Assembly (NCBI GenBank): GCA_035544395.1
Contig: DATKFM010000328.1
Span: forward strand, 1 to 51,499
Reading direction: 5' to 3'
Source: Verrucomicrobiia bacterium
Lineage (GTDB): Bacteria; Pseudomonadota; Alphaproteobacteria; Dongiales; Dongiaceae
Length of the DNA: 51,499 nucleotides
Positions 18,012-26,220 of the stretch are shown here, piece after piece. Under the pieces are notes generated by a model. It was not told where the DNA came from. It did not search any database and saw only the letters and a list, made by a program, of their open reading frames with translations. Numbering within the stretch: position 1 is the stretch's first letter; every line of letters starts with the position of its first letter. Position numbers and translations under genes: made by a program.

Positions 18012-18917
18012 TCACGGTAAACTGGCGATTTCCTTCAAGCGGCCCCGCAGCCAGCGGTGCGCCACGTCCTTGTCGACGCGCTGATGCCACACGGCGATCA
18101 CGTCGAAGCCGGGAACATCGATCGGCGGCCTCAGCACCGCCAGCCGTTTCTTGTTGTCGCGCAGCAGGCGGGACGGCACGAGCGCGACCAGGTCATCCGT
18201 CAGCAGCAGCTCCAGCATGAACAGGAAGCTTGGCACGGAATAGCGGACGATGCGCCGCCGCCCGAGCCGGGCGAGCGCCCGATCGGTCGGCCCTTCGAAG
18301 GAGCCGCCGGTCGGCGAGACCAGGATATGATCGTAGCTGCAGAAACTGTCGATCGTCATTGCCCCGCGCCGCGCCAACGGATGCTGCGGGCGGACGGCAA
18401 CGGCGTAGCGCTCGCGATAGAGGAATTGCGACGGCAGGTCGGACATCGCGAACTCGGGAACTGTCAACGCCAGGTCGATCCGCCCGCGGGCGAGGGCGTC
18501 GCCGAGGCCCTCGATGATCGCCGGCGCGACGGCCAGCCGGATCCGGCTCGCCTCGCGCCGCAGCAGCTTCACGAATGGCACCAGCAGCGCATGCTGCATG
18601 TAGTCATTGGTCGAGACGGCATAGGTCATTTCGGCGCTCGCGGGCTCGAAGGCCTCGCGCGCGACGAGGCGCCGGCTGTCGGCCAGCAGCTGCTTCAACG
18701 GCGCCGCCAGGGCCTCGGCGCGGGGCGTCGGCAGCATGCCGCGCTGGGTGCGGGTGAACAGGGGATCGCCGAAGAGATCGCGCAGCCGCGCCAGCATCCC
18801 GCTGATTGTCGGTTGGGTGTAGCCCAATCGCGCCGCCGCCCGCGTCACGTTGCGCTCGTCCAGCAGTGCCTCCAGCACCGCCAGCAGGTTCAGATCGATT
18901 TTCCTGATATCGCTCAT
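18012..18917 (-). CDS. LysR-family transcriptional regulator
   Basis: Lies in ORF 18012..18959, ATG at 18917. N-terminal HTH IDLNLLAVLEALLDERNVTRAAARLGYTQPTISGMLARLR. Divergent from globin-GST. Confidence 0.9.
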   Translation of the reverse strand: MSDIRKIDLNLLAVLEALLDERNVTRAAARLGYTQPTISGMLARLRDLFGDPLFTRTQRGMLPTPRAEALAAPLKQLLADSRRLVAREAFEPASAEMTYAVSTNDYMQHALLVPFVKLLRREASRIRLAVAPAIIEGLGDALARGRIDLALTVPEFAMSDLPSQFLYRERYAVAVRPQHPLARRGAMTIDSFCSYDHILVSPTGGSFEGPTDRALARLGRRRIVRYSVPSFLFMLELLLTDDLVALVPSRLLRDNKKRLAVLRPPIDVPGFDVIAVWHQRVDKDVAHRWLRGRLKEIASLP

Positions 18918-18938
18918 GACGATATCAGAACCATAATC

Positions 18939-18953
18939 TTGCGATTTGAGCAA
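18939..18953. promoter_or_regulatory. LysR-type T-N11-A-like dyad TTGC-N7-GCAA
   Basis: TTGCGATTTGAGCAA lies in the 87-nt region between the LysR ATG (18917) and the globin ATG (19005). Confidence 0.4.
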
Positions 18954-19004
18954 TGACACGGTTGCCGGTAAGTGATGCCCCCTTCCCCGGAACCGGAGTA
19001 TCTG

Positions 19005-19511
19005 ATGTCCCCCGAACAGAAAGCCCTAGTGAAGGAGACCTGGCACGAAGTGGCGCCAATGGCGGAAACGGCGGCGCGCCTCTTCTACGATAGGCTCTTC
19101 GAGATCGATCCCACGACACGGCCTCTCTTCAAGGCCACCGATCTTGCGGAGCAGCGCCGGAAGCTGATCCAGGCGCTGACGATGGTCGTGCAGGGACTCG
19201 ATCGTCAGGAGGCACTCATTCCGACCCTCGCTGCCTTGGGCCGGCGCCACGGGAACTACGGGGTGGCCGCCGGACACTACGAATCGGTCCGTGCGGCGCT
19301 GCTATGGACGCTCGAGCAAGGGCTCGGCACCAAATGGACGCCGGAGGTGCGGGCGGCCTGGTCCGCGGCGTATATTCTGGTTGCCGACGTCATGCGCAGG
19401 GCTGCAAATGAGTCGACACCCCCGTCCGATCACTCCGCCCTGGATCGCGAGCACGATGTCATACAGGCGGAGCTATTCGGCGTGGCGTTGACGGGGCGTT
19501 TTGGCATCTGA
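19005..19511 (+). CDS. Single-domain globin (bacterial hemoglobin-like)
   Basis: Lies in ORF 18972..19511. GGAG sits 6 nt before ATG 19005. Globin pattern KALVKETWHEV...LFYDRLFEIDPTTRPLF...LGRRHGNYGV. Confidence 0.8.
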   Translation: MSPEQKALVKETWHEVAPMAETAARLFYDRLFEIDPTTRPLFKATDLAEQRRKLIQALTMVVQGLDRQEALIPTLAALGRRHGNYGVAAGHYESVRAALLWTLEQGLGTKWTPEVRAAWSAAYILVADVMRRAANESTPPSDHSALDREHDVIQAELFGVALTGRFGI

Positions 19512-19514
19512 CAA

Positions 19515-20240
19515 ATGAACGCCAAAAGCCAGCTTCCGGAAGGTGCGAAGGTGCGAGCACTTCTTTTCACGACGGGTTCGCCCTTCGCCCGGGCGGTCCG
19601 GATCATTCTCGATGAGTTGGGCCTCGACTATGAGAAGCGGGAGGAGATAACCACGCCCTCGGTGGAACAGCGCGCGGCAGCTTCGCCGACGCTGCAGGTG
19701 CCGACCTTCTGGGACGGCGATGTCAAGCTTTGGGAAAGCGGTCTGATCGCCGAGTATCTGCTGCACAGCTACAAGAAGCGGCCCGACGCAGAGCCGCCGC
19801 TTGCCGAGCGCGTGTGGCGGACATCCCACGAATGGCGGGACAAGCTCATCCTCTCGACGATCCAGACCATGGGCACGGCAATCACGACCATCTCGCAAAT
19901 GAAGTGGGCCGGCGTCGCCGTCAACGAAAACGCGCACCTGACCCGCTCCGCCGATCGCTTGCCGCACCTGATGAAATGGCTGGAAGAGCAGATCCCCGAC
20001 GATCGAACCGGTTTTCTGCCCGGATGCCTGTCGGTACAAGACATTCTTCTGGCATGTCACCTGAGGTTTGCCGAGAATCGTCCCATTGGCCTGGATCCGC
20101 GCACCAAGAGCCATGCGAGGATCGCTGACTTGTTGGCGCGGCTGGACGAGCGTGCGAGTTTCCGCGCCAATCCGATCCGCTGGTGGGAGCCGGGCGTCAT
20201 CGGATATGAAGCGGACGGAACGCCGATCCACAAGTGCTAG
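19515..20240 (+). CDS. Glutathione S-transferase family protein
   Basis: Starts 3 nt after the globin stop. Thioredoxin-like N-domain SPFARAVRIILDELGLDYE...LQVPTFWDGD..LWESGLIAEYL. Confidence 0.85.
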   Translation: MNAKSQLPEGAKVRALLFTTGSPFARAVRIILDELGLDYEKREEITTPSVEQRAAASPTLQVPTFWDGDVKLWESGLIAEYLLHSYKKRPDAEPPLAERVWRTSHEWRDKLILSTIQTMGTAITTISQMKWAGVAVNENAHLTRSADRLPHLMKWLEEQIPDDRTGFLPGCLSVQDILLACHLRFAENRPIGLDPRTKSHARIADLLARLDERASFRANPIRWWEPGVIGYEADGTPIHKC

Positions 20241-20300
20241 GCTGCTAACGTAGCTGTCCGCAACTTCGCGAGTTCAGGGGCCCAATAGCGAAAGCGCATC

Positions 20301-20319
20301 ATTGGACTAAGGTCCAATT
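20301..20319. promoter_or_regulatory. Palindrome ATTGGAC-TAAG-GTCCAAT(T), copy 2 of the 13360 motif
   Basis: Reverse complement reads AATTGGACCTTAGTCCAAT, against AATTGGACCTTGGTCCAATT at 13360. Lies 169 nt upstream of the outer-membrane-protein ATG. Confidence 0.5.
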
Positions 20320-20487
20320 GCCCTCGGCGTCACACTGCTCAATCCTTTATCTGGACCATAGTGACAGCGGTTGCTTCGATTCCCGGCATCACCTACTCCG
20401 ACGGCACTATTGGATGCACCTATGCTCCGACGGTACCGCGGTCCCGCGAGCACATAGGCAGCGTCAGAATTTGAGGTTGCAACGCGC

Positions 20488-21378
20488 ATGGCAAACCAGC
20501 GGATCAGGCTGATCAGAGCCTTCGTGTTCGCCACGATGACGACCGTTGGTACAGCCGTCTCCTTTGCGCAGGACACGGCGACAGAGCCGAAGGCTCCGGA
20601 GACGAAGGCCACCGACAAAGCGGCTCCGCCGGCCAATGAAGCCCAGGATCTCGCCAAGAAACTGTCCAATCCGGTGGCAAACCTGATCAGCGTGCCGCTG
20701 CAGTCGAATTTCGATTGCAATATCGGACCTGCCGATGACGGTTGCCGATTCACGATGAACTTGCAGCCGGTCATCCCTATTTCGATAGCCGATGATTGGA
20801 ACGTGATCTCGCGCACGATCCTGCCGATCACCTACCAGAACGATATCTTTCCGGGCGCCGGCGATCAGTTCGGCCTCGGCGATACCGTGCAGAGCTTTTT
20901 CTTTTCACCCAAGAATCCATCGTCCTTCGGCGGTATCATTTGGGGTATCGGCCCGGCATTTCTCCTGCCGACCGGCACGGATAAACTTCTGAGCAGCGAG
21001 AAGTTTGGTGTCGGGCCTACAGCGGTGATACTCAAACAGGCCGGCCACTGGACAGTCGGCGCGCTGATGAATCAGATCTGGTCCGTGGCAGGTGACGAAG
21101 ATCGGGCCGATGTGAGCAGTTTATTCCTGCAGCCGTTCATCTCCTACACCACGACCGATGCCTGGACATTCACGCTGAACACCGAGAGCACCTATGACTG
21201 GGAGACCAAGAATTGGTCGGTGCCGGTCAACGCCCTGGTGAGCAAACTCGTCAAAATCGAGAACCAGCCGATCAGCCTCGGGGCCGGATTGCGTTACTGG
21301 GCCGAGAGCCCCGACGAGACAGGCCCCGAGGGATTCGGCGGCCGACTCGTTGTAACCTTCCTGTTTCCGAAGGGATGA
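20488..21378 (+). CDS. Putative outer-membrane beta-barrel transporter (MetA/phenol-degradation-like family)
   Basis: Signal peptide ...AVSFAQ. Alternating beta-strand pattern. Motif SNPVANLISVPLQSNFD. The terminal residues FLFPKG include an aromatic. Confidence 0.6.
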   Translation: MANQRIRLIRAFVFATMTTVGTAVSFAQDTATEPKAPETKATDKAAPPANEAQDLAKKLSNPVANLISVPLQSNFDCNIGPADDGCRFTMNLQPVIPISIADDWNVISRTILPITYQNDIFPGAGDQFGLGDTVQSFFFSPKNPSSFGGIIWGIGPAFLLPTGTDKLLSSEKFGVGPTAVILKQAGHWTVGALMNQIWSVAGDEDRADVSSLFLQPFISYTTTDAWTFTLNTESTYDWETKNWSVPVNALVSKLVKIENQPISLGAGLRYWAESPDETGPEGFGGRLVVTFLFPKG

Positions 21379-21402
21379 CAGGTTTCCTACAAGTGAGCCC
21401 TG

Positions 21403-23115
21403 TTAGGTTGAGCCGGGCGTAGCCGTCCCGCTCAAGGCGGCCTCCAGTGACAGCGCCCGGTGCAAACCGCCGACTTTGTCGGCCAGCTTGTCAGCACGCA
21501 GGAGATCGCGCACCCGGCCATGGGCACCGGTGACGCGGAACGCAATCTGCCGGCCGGCGAGTTCGTCGGCCAGATGATGCAGCATGCGCGACCCCGCGAG
21601 ATCGACATAGGGCGAGGCCGACAGATCGCAAACGACCAGGTCGATTTTCGAGGGCTCCGCGCTGCGCAGTTTTTCCAGTACCAACTGCAACACATGTTCG
21701 GCATTTGCATAGATCAGCGAGCTCTCGGGCCGGAATGCAACGACGCCCGTCAGCTCTTCATTTTCCGGATGGCGGAGGCGATCTGAGTAGATATTGCTGC
21801 CGGGAATCCGGCCGAGAAACGCCACATGGGGCCGTGATGTGCGCGCCAGCAGCATCAGGATCGACGCCAGAGCCGCCAGCAGGATGCCCTGCAGGATCCC
21901 CAGCACCAGGACGCCGACAAAGGCAATCGCCGCGGCATAAAAATCCTGGCGGCTGACACGCCACATGCCGAACAGAGTCCGGAAATCCATCAATCCGCGC
22001 ACGGCGGTCAGCACGACGGCCGCGAGCACGGCTTTCGGCAGGTTCTCCAGCAACCCCGTGAGGAACAGGAGGCAGACAGCCAGCGTCAACGAGGCAAACA
22101 CAAGGGCAAGCGGCGTTCGCGCGCCCGCCTTGTCATTCACCGCCGATTGCGACAAACCGCCCGCAACGGGATAGCCTTGCCCGAACGCGGCACCAAGATT
22201 CGCCGCGCCGAGGCCCAGCAACTCCTGGCGGGGATCGAGCGCATAGCCATGCTTGCTGGCAAAGGCGCGCGCCGCGGAGACGCTCTCGATATAGGCCAGC
22301 AGCAGGCAGCCAATGGCCAGCGGCACGACACCTTCCACATCCCGTAGACGCAGGGACGGTACGCTCAATTCCGGCAGACCGGTCGGGATGTATCCGGTGA
22401 TGGGAACTCCCATGGCGGGCAACCCCAGAACCGTGGCCAGCAGGATCGCAATGATCACAACGCCGAGCGCAATCGGTCGGCCCGGCAGCATCCGGTCGCC
22501 GCCAAGCAGCAGAGCCACGGCGCCAATGCCGACGGCGAGCACCAGGAGATTGACCTGATCGAGCTGGCCGGCAATGAGAAACAGGCGCTCGATGAAATTA
22601 TGTCCGCCGCCTGGCACGCCCAACAGGCTAGGGAGCTGCGTAAGCGCGATGGTCAAGCCGGCGCCGGCCTTGAAGCCGACCAGGACGCTGTCGCTGATCA
22701 GCGTCACGAGCGTGCTGAGGCGCAGCAGCCAGGCGATCAGGCAGAGTGCGGCTACCGTGAAGCCGGCCAGGCTGGCAATCTGCGCGTACCGCTCTGCATC
22801 GCCCCCGGCCATCGCGCCGACCGTGCCCGCAATCATCAGGGAAATGGCCGAGGTGGGACCGATGGCCAGTTGTCGCGACGACCCCAGCAGCGCGTAACCC
22901 AGGCCGCCCAACAGATAACCATAGACGCCAACCTGCGGCGGCAGGCCCGCGAGCGTCGCATAGGCGAGCGAGACCGGAATCGCATAGGCCGCCAAGGTTA
23001 CGCCGGCGACGATATCGTTGGGCAGCCACGCCGCCCGATAGCCGCCGAGCCAAGTGAGAGGCGGCAGAAGATTCCGCCAATATGTCAGGCTAAAGCGCGC
23101 TGCTGGAGCGGCCAT
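21403..23115 (-). CDS. SulP-family anion (sulfate) permease with C-terminal STAS domain
   Basis: 570-aa ORF with about 11 TM segments. SulP motifs AYATLAGLPPQVGLY-like and QELLGLGAANL. STAS tail VVCDLSASPYVDLAG. Confidence 0.9.
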   Translation of the reverse strand: MAAPAARFSLTYWRNLLPPLTWLGGYRAAWLPNDIVAGVTLAAYAIPVSLAYATLAGLPPQVGVYGYLLGGLGYALLGSSRQLAIGPTSAISLMIAGTVGAMAGGDAERYAQIASLAGFTVAALCLIAWLLRLSTLVTLISDSVLVGFKAGAGLTIALTQLPSLLGVPGGGHNFIERLFLIAGQLDQVNLLVLAVGIGAVALLLGGDRMLPGRPIALGVVIIAILLATVLGLPAMGVPITGYIPTGLPELSVPSLRLRDVEGVVPLAIGCLLLAYIESVSAARAFASKHGYALDPRQELLGLGAANLGAAFGQGYPVAGGLSQSAVNDKAGARTPLALVFASLTLAVCLLFLTGLLENLPKAVLAAVVLTAVRGLMDFRTLFGMWRVSRQDFYAAAIAFVGVLVLGILQGILLAALASILMLLARTSRPHVAFLGRIPGSNIYSDRLRHPENEELTGVVAFRPESSLIYANAEHVLQLVLEKLRSAEPSKIDLVVCDLSASPYVDLAGSRMLHHLADELAGRQIAFRVTGAHGRVRDLLRADKLADKVGGLHRALSLEAALSGTATPGST

Positions 23116-23125
23116 TCATTCACGC

Positions 23126-23413
23126 CTAGTCTGCGCGTTCGGCGAAGATGCCGATCATGCTGAGGCTATGGATGATCACGTGAAGTCCCAGCGGGATCTG
23201 TGTCACGCCGAGCACCATCGCGAAGACCTGAAGCACCGTATCTGCCCACCGCAATATTGAATGCGCGAACAGCATCGCCAGCCAGTCCATCGCGAGAAAC
23301 AGCAAGACAACGCCGGTCACCAACATTTTGGTCTCGCTGTCGTCTTGCGTCAATGCCGCAAACCCGATGACGGCGGCAATGCCGTAGGGCGAGACGATTA
23401 TTGGGAATGCAAG
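23126..23413 (-). pseudogene. MarC/UPF0056-like membrane protein, C-terminal remnant lacking a proper start
   Basis: Open frame reads LAFPIIVSPYGIAAVIGFAALTQDD...LGVTQIPLGLHVIIHSL, the layout of the C-terminal half of MarC-type proteins. There is no ATG or SD. The frame runs into the 3' end of the cyclase gene. The only in-frame start is TTG 23353. Confidence 0.3.
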
Positions 23414-23438
23414 CTGACAGAACGCCGATCTATACTGG

Positions 23439-24386
23439 CTAGGCGGGCGTTCTCGCCCCCATTTTTCCGCCTTGCAGCTGCACCAGCCGCGCTTCCGCGA
23501 GCTCCTTGAAATGCCCGTCCGGGTATTTTTCGAGATAGCTGCGAAACATCGCCAAATCCTCGCTGTCCTTCACGCTCTCCCAATAGGTGATCTCCAGCTT
23601 TACCTCGTCGCCGGTCGCGACGGTGTCGCCGGTTGTCAGGCCGATCAGTCGAGTTCGCGCCAAGGCGCTAAAATTTCCCGTCGGGTAGCGCTCGAGATAT
23701 GCGACATAATCGGACGCTACAACACTGTCCGTGATCGAATCCCAGAACGCTAGCTCTGTCTCATCTGCCTTGCCTTCCATCGGGCCATCTGCCGTCGCGA
23801 CAGGCGTGACCTCCGGGTTGAGAGGATTTGCCCCAATCATATCCGCCGTCGCTGGCGCGCCCTCGAAGCGCACTGTGAACACGCGAACTGGCCGTGCGAT
23901 ATTCTTTACGGGCTGCTCGCCTTGATCTTCGAAGACAAAAGGCGATTTGTCGCGCAGCTGGTCACGCACGGCTCGCGAGATACAGATGCCGCCCGGCTCA
24001 GCGAGACCCTGAAGGCGCGCTGCAACGTTGACACCGTCGCCAAAGATATCCTCGTCCTTCACCATGACGTCGCCAACATTGATGCCAACGCGGAGCAGCA
24101 TCTTGCTATCTTCGGAAAGCTCAGAGTTGCGCGCGGCCATTGCCTGTTGAATCTCGACCCCGCATTGGACCGCTTCCATCACGCTTGGAAACTCTGCAAG
24201 CACGCTATCGCCCGCCGTACTGGCAATGCGGCCATTGCGTTGGCGGATAAGCTCGTCGATGACTTCACGATGCGCCGAAAGATTCGCCAGCGTGCCGGCT
24301 TCGTCTGCACCCATAAGCCGACTATAGCCGGCGAAATCGGCGGAGAAGATGGCGGCGAGTTTGCGTTCGATAGGTGGCGTATTCAT
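23439..24386 (-). CDS. Class III adenylate/guanylate cyclase with C-terminal tandem 35-aa repeats
   Basis: Motifs FSADFAGYSRL, GDSVLAEF and GDGVNVAARLQ. C-terminal repeats: AFWDSITDS..YVAYLERYPTGNFSALARTRL and TYWESVKDS..FRSYLEKYPDGHFKELAEARL. Confidence 0.9.
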   Translation of the reverse strand: MNTPPIERKLAAIFSADFAGYSRLMGADEAGTLANLSAHREVIDELIRQRNGRIASTAGDSVLAEFPSVMEAVQCGVEIQQAMAARNSELSEDSKMLLRVGINVGDVMVKDEDIFGDGVNVAARLQGLAEPGGICISRAVRDQLRDKSPFVFEDQGEQPVKNIARPVRVFTVRFEGAPATADMIGANPLNPEVTPVATADGPMEGKADETELAFWDSITDSVVASDYVAYLERYPTGNFSALARTRLIGLTTGDTVATGDEVKLEITYWESVKDSEDLAMFRSYLEKYPDGHFKELAEARLVQLQGGKMGARTPA

Positions 24387-24515
24387 GCGAATGCAATCCG
24401 AGCCCTGGCAGCGGATTTATCCCACATTCGCAATATGTAAGTCACTCAAATTTGCGACAGTGAGGCGGCGCCAAACCAAGTCGGGTCTTGAAAGGTCAAT
24501 GCAGTAGAGGACGCG

Positions 24516-25208
24516 TCATTCCCGTCCTTCAACTTCACGCTCGACCTCCTTAAGCGCCTGCGCAGCCAGTGTCCTCCCGCTTTCAACTTGCTCGCTCGCA
24601 AAACTGCGCGTCCGACTCTTTACCTGGTCACTGGTTTCACCTGCAAGTCGGCTCTCCACCTCGGTCGTCGGAAATGCCGCAGCGATGCCGGCGCCGATCG
24701 CGAGGCCGACGGCCCCGAGTACCAAAGGTTGACGTTCGAACAGCGCGCCTAGGTCGTTTTGCACAGTTCGAGCCAATCCATATCCCGCGCGGCTTGTTTC
24801 CTGGATAGCAGACCCGGCGCGTGACACCAGGCCGCCCGCTGAGCTCGTGACTGCTGCTACCCCATCTGAGACCTGCGAAGCAGCCTCAGATGCTGTATCA
24901 CTGACCCTCGCTGCGGCAGCGCCGGCGCCTTTGCCGATGCGCGACCCCATGTTCGAAAGGGTAGCGGAGATCGCGCCGGCTCGGTCTGGCGATGCTGCTG
25001 TCCCTCCAAACAAGGAGGTCCTGTTGCCGCCCATGAGAAGCCAAAACACTCCCATGCTGATCAACGCCGCTGCCGTCGGATTTTGGCGAATCGAAGCGGC
25101 AAAATCTCGCACGAAGTCGTTCCTATTGTGGCCGTGATATCCATCATGCGGCCTCGACGGCGTTTCGCTGTGCATATCCCGGTTTCCGTTACTCTCATGC
25201 ATCGTCAT
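24516..25208 (-). CDS. Hypothetical membrane protein, 4th gene of the stress operon
   Basis: ATG 25208 overlaps the upstream stop (ATGA). His-rich N-terminus and 2 TM segments. The C-terminal block FERQPLVLGAVGLAIGAGIAAAFPTTEVESRL is paralogous to residues in the 26221-27171 product. Confidence 0.7.
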   Translation of the reverse strand: MTMHESNGNRDMHSETPSRPHDGYHGHNRNDFVRDFAASIRQNPTAAALISMGVFWLLMGGNRTSLFGGTAASPDRAGAISATLSNMGSRIGKGAGAAAARVSDTASEAASQVSDGVAAVTSSAGGLVSRAGSAIQETSRAGYGLARTVQNDLGALFERQPLVLGAVGLAIGAGIAAAFPTTEVESRLAGETSDQVKSRTRSFASEQVESGRTLAAQALKEVEREVEGRE

Positions 25209-25600
25209 CTTACCATCTCCTTGGCAACCAAGGCGTCGCGGTGAAGTTGTTCAATCGTCCTTGTCGGCGCAATGCCATCAGCCTTCAGCCGGCTGACGGC
25301 GATCCTGGCGAGGCAAGCACCAATTGCGGCGCCCGACAAGCCAGCGATCAGATAAGCGGCCGGTTGCGACAAACCCATTTCAACAAGCCATCCCGCCAGC
25401 GCGAGCAGGACAAGCACCATTGCGGCCCCGATCATGGCAACACCGGCTACCAGGATGGCTAAGCCGACCGCCGCCCGGCTGACCTTCGCGGCGAACTCAG
25501 CACGGGCGAGCCGAACCTCGTTTCGCACGAGCGCATTGAGGTTGTTAGCGGCGTCCGAGAGCAGCTCCGATAACGACTTGTTTTCAGTCTGGGTAGACAT
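25205..25600 (-). CDS. Holin-X-like (phage holin superfamily III / DUF1469-like) two-TM protein
   Basis: Lies in ORF 25205..25615, ATG at 25600. LSELLSDAANNLNALVRNEVRLARAE is followed by two long hydrophobic helices. Confidence 0.7.
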   Translation of the reverse strand: MSTQTENKSLSELLSDAANNLNALVRNEVRLARAEFAAKVSRAAVGLAILVAGVAMIGAAMVLVLLALAGWLVEMGLSQPAAYLIAGLSGAAIGACLARIAVSRLKADGIAPTRTIEQLHRDALVAKEMVR

Positions 25601-25611
25601 GACTCCAATCC

Positions 25612-26193
25612 TCACGGCCTGCCCTGTTCGAATCCGGAAGGCTCCCGGGAGAAATCAGGCGCTTCTTGCGACGGCTTTCCCTGAAGTTCGGGAGTGGGGA
25701 GAACGTCTGCAGAAGCCGATTGGCTGGAAGTCTTCAAGAACCGAATTGCGGCAAACCCGGCCAATACTGAAACGCCGAGAAACGCGGCGGGTTGCCTGCG
25801 CGCCAAGTCCTGCACATCCCTAAGCAGCACGTTGATATCGCGTTGACGAACCGTATCCGAAAGGTTTTGAATTTCCGTCGCAGCTCCGCGAACATATCGT
25901 GCCGCTTGCGGCAGTTCACTTTCGAGTTCGTCTGCCGTTCGGCTGATGGCGCCCGCAATGGCGCTGACACGCTCGGCGCCTGCGACCTTCTGTTCTTCCG
26001 CTGTGGCTCGAAGCTTTGATTCGGCGCCCGCAACAACCTCCTTGGCTGTGTGCGTCGCCCGATCCCTGATATCGCGCGCCGCATCTGCAGCCTGCGCACC
26101 GATCCCTTTTGATTGAGACGCGCTCCCGCTACCCCCGATTGACGAAGTCGGAATTTGAAGATCTTTCGTAATAATGTTCGAAATATCGCTCAT
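25612..26193 (-). CDS. Tail-anchored helical protein (ElaB/YqjD-like architecture), hypothetical
   Basis: GGAGG precedes ATG 26193. Ala/Glu/Arg-rich helical region, then a single TM segment AAFLGVSVLAGFAAIRFL about 40 residues before the C-terminus. Confidence 0.7.
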   Translation of the reverse strand: MSDISNIITKDLQIPTSSIGGSGSASQSKGIGAQAADAARDIRDRATHTAKEVVAGAESKLRATAEEQKVAGAERVSAIAGAISRTADELESELPQAARYVRGAATEIQNLSDTVRQRDINVLLRDVQDLARRQPAAFLGVSVLAGFAAIRFLKTSSQSASADVLPTPELQGKPSQEAPDFSREPSGFEQGRP

Positions 26194-26220
26194 GATGGCC
26201 TCCGGATTGGATGTATTACG

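Noticed and set aside
13360-20319. The two palindromes as terminal inverted repeats of a 7-kb mobile element
   Set aside because: There is no transposase or integrase between them. No flanking direct repeats are visible, and sequence similarity does not extend beyond the palindrome. Each copy is itself a self-complementary operator-like site.
20307-20831. 174-aa minus-strand ORF spanning the GST/outer-membrane-protein spacer
   Set aside because: It overlaps the better-supported plus-strand barrel gene, lacks an SD and has no recognisable motifs.
23398-23583. 61-aa minus-strand ORF overlapping the cyclase 3' end
   Set aside because: It is an alternative frame of the cyclase gene, with an Arg/Gly-rich composition and no start context.
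25626-25635. GTTCGAATCC, a tRNA T-loop-like string
   Set aside because: The flanking bases cannot form a T-stem or acceptor stem, and the string lies inside a coding region.
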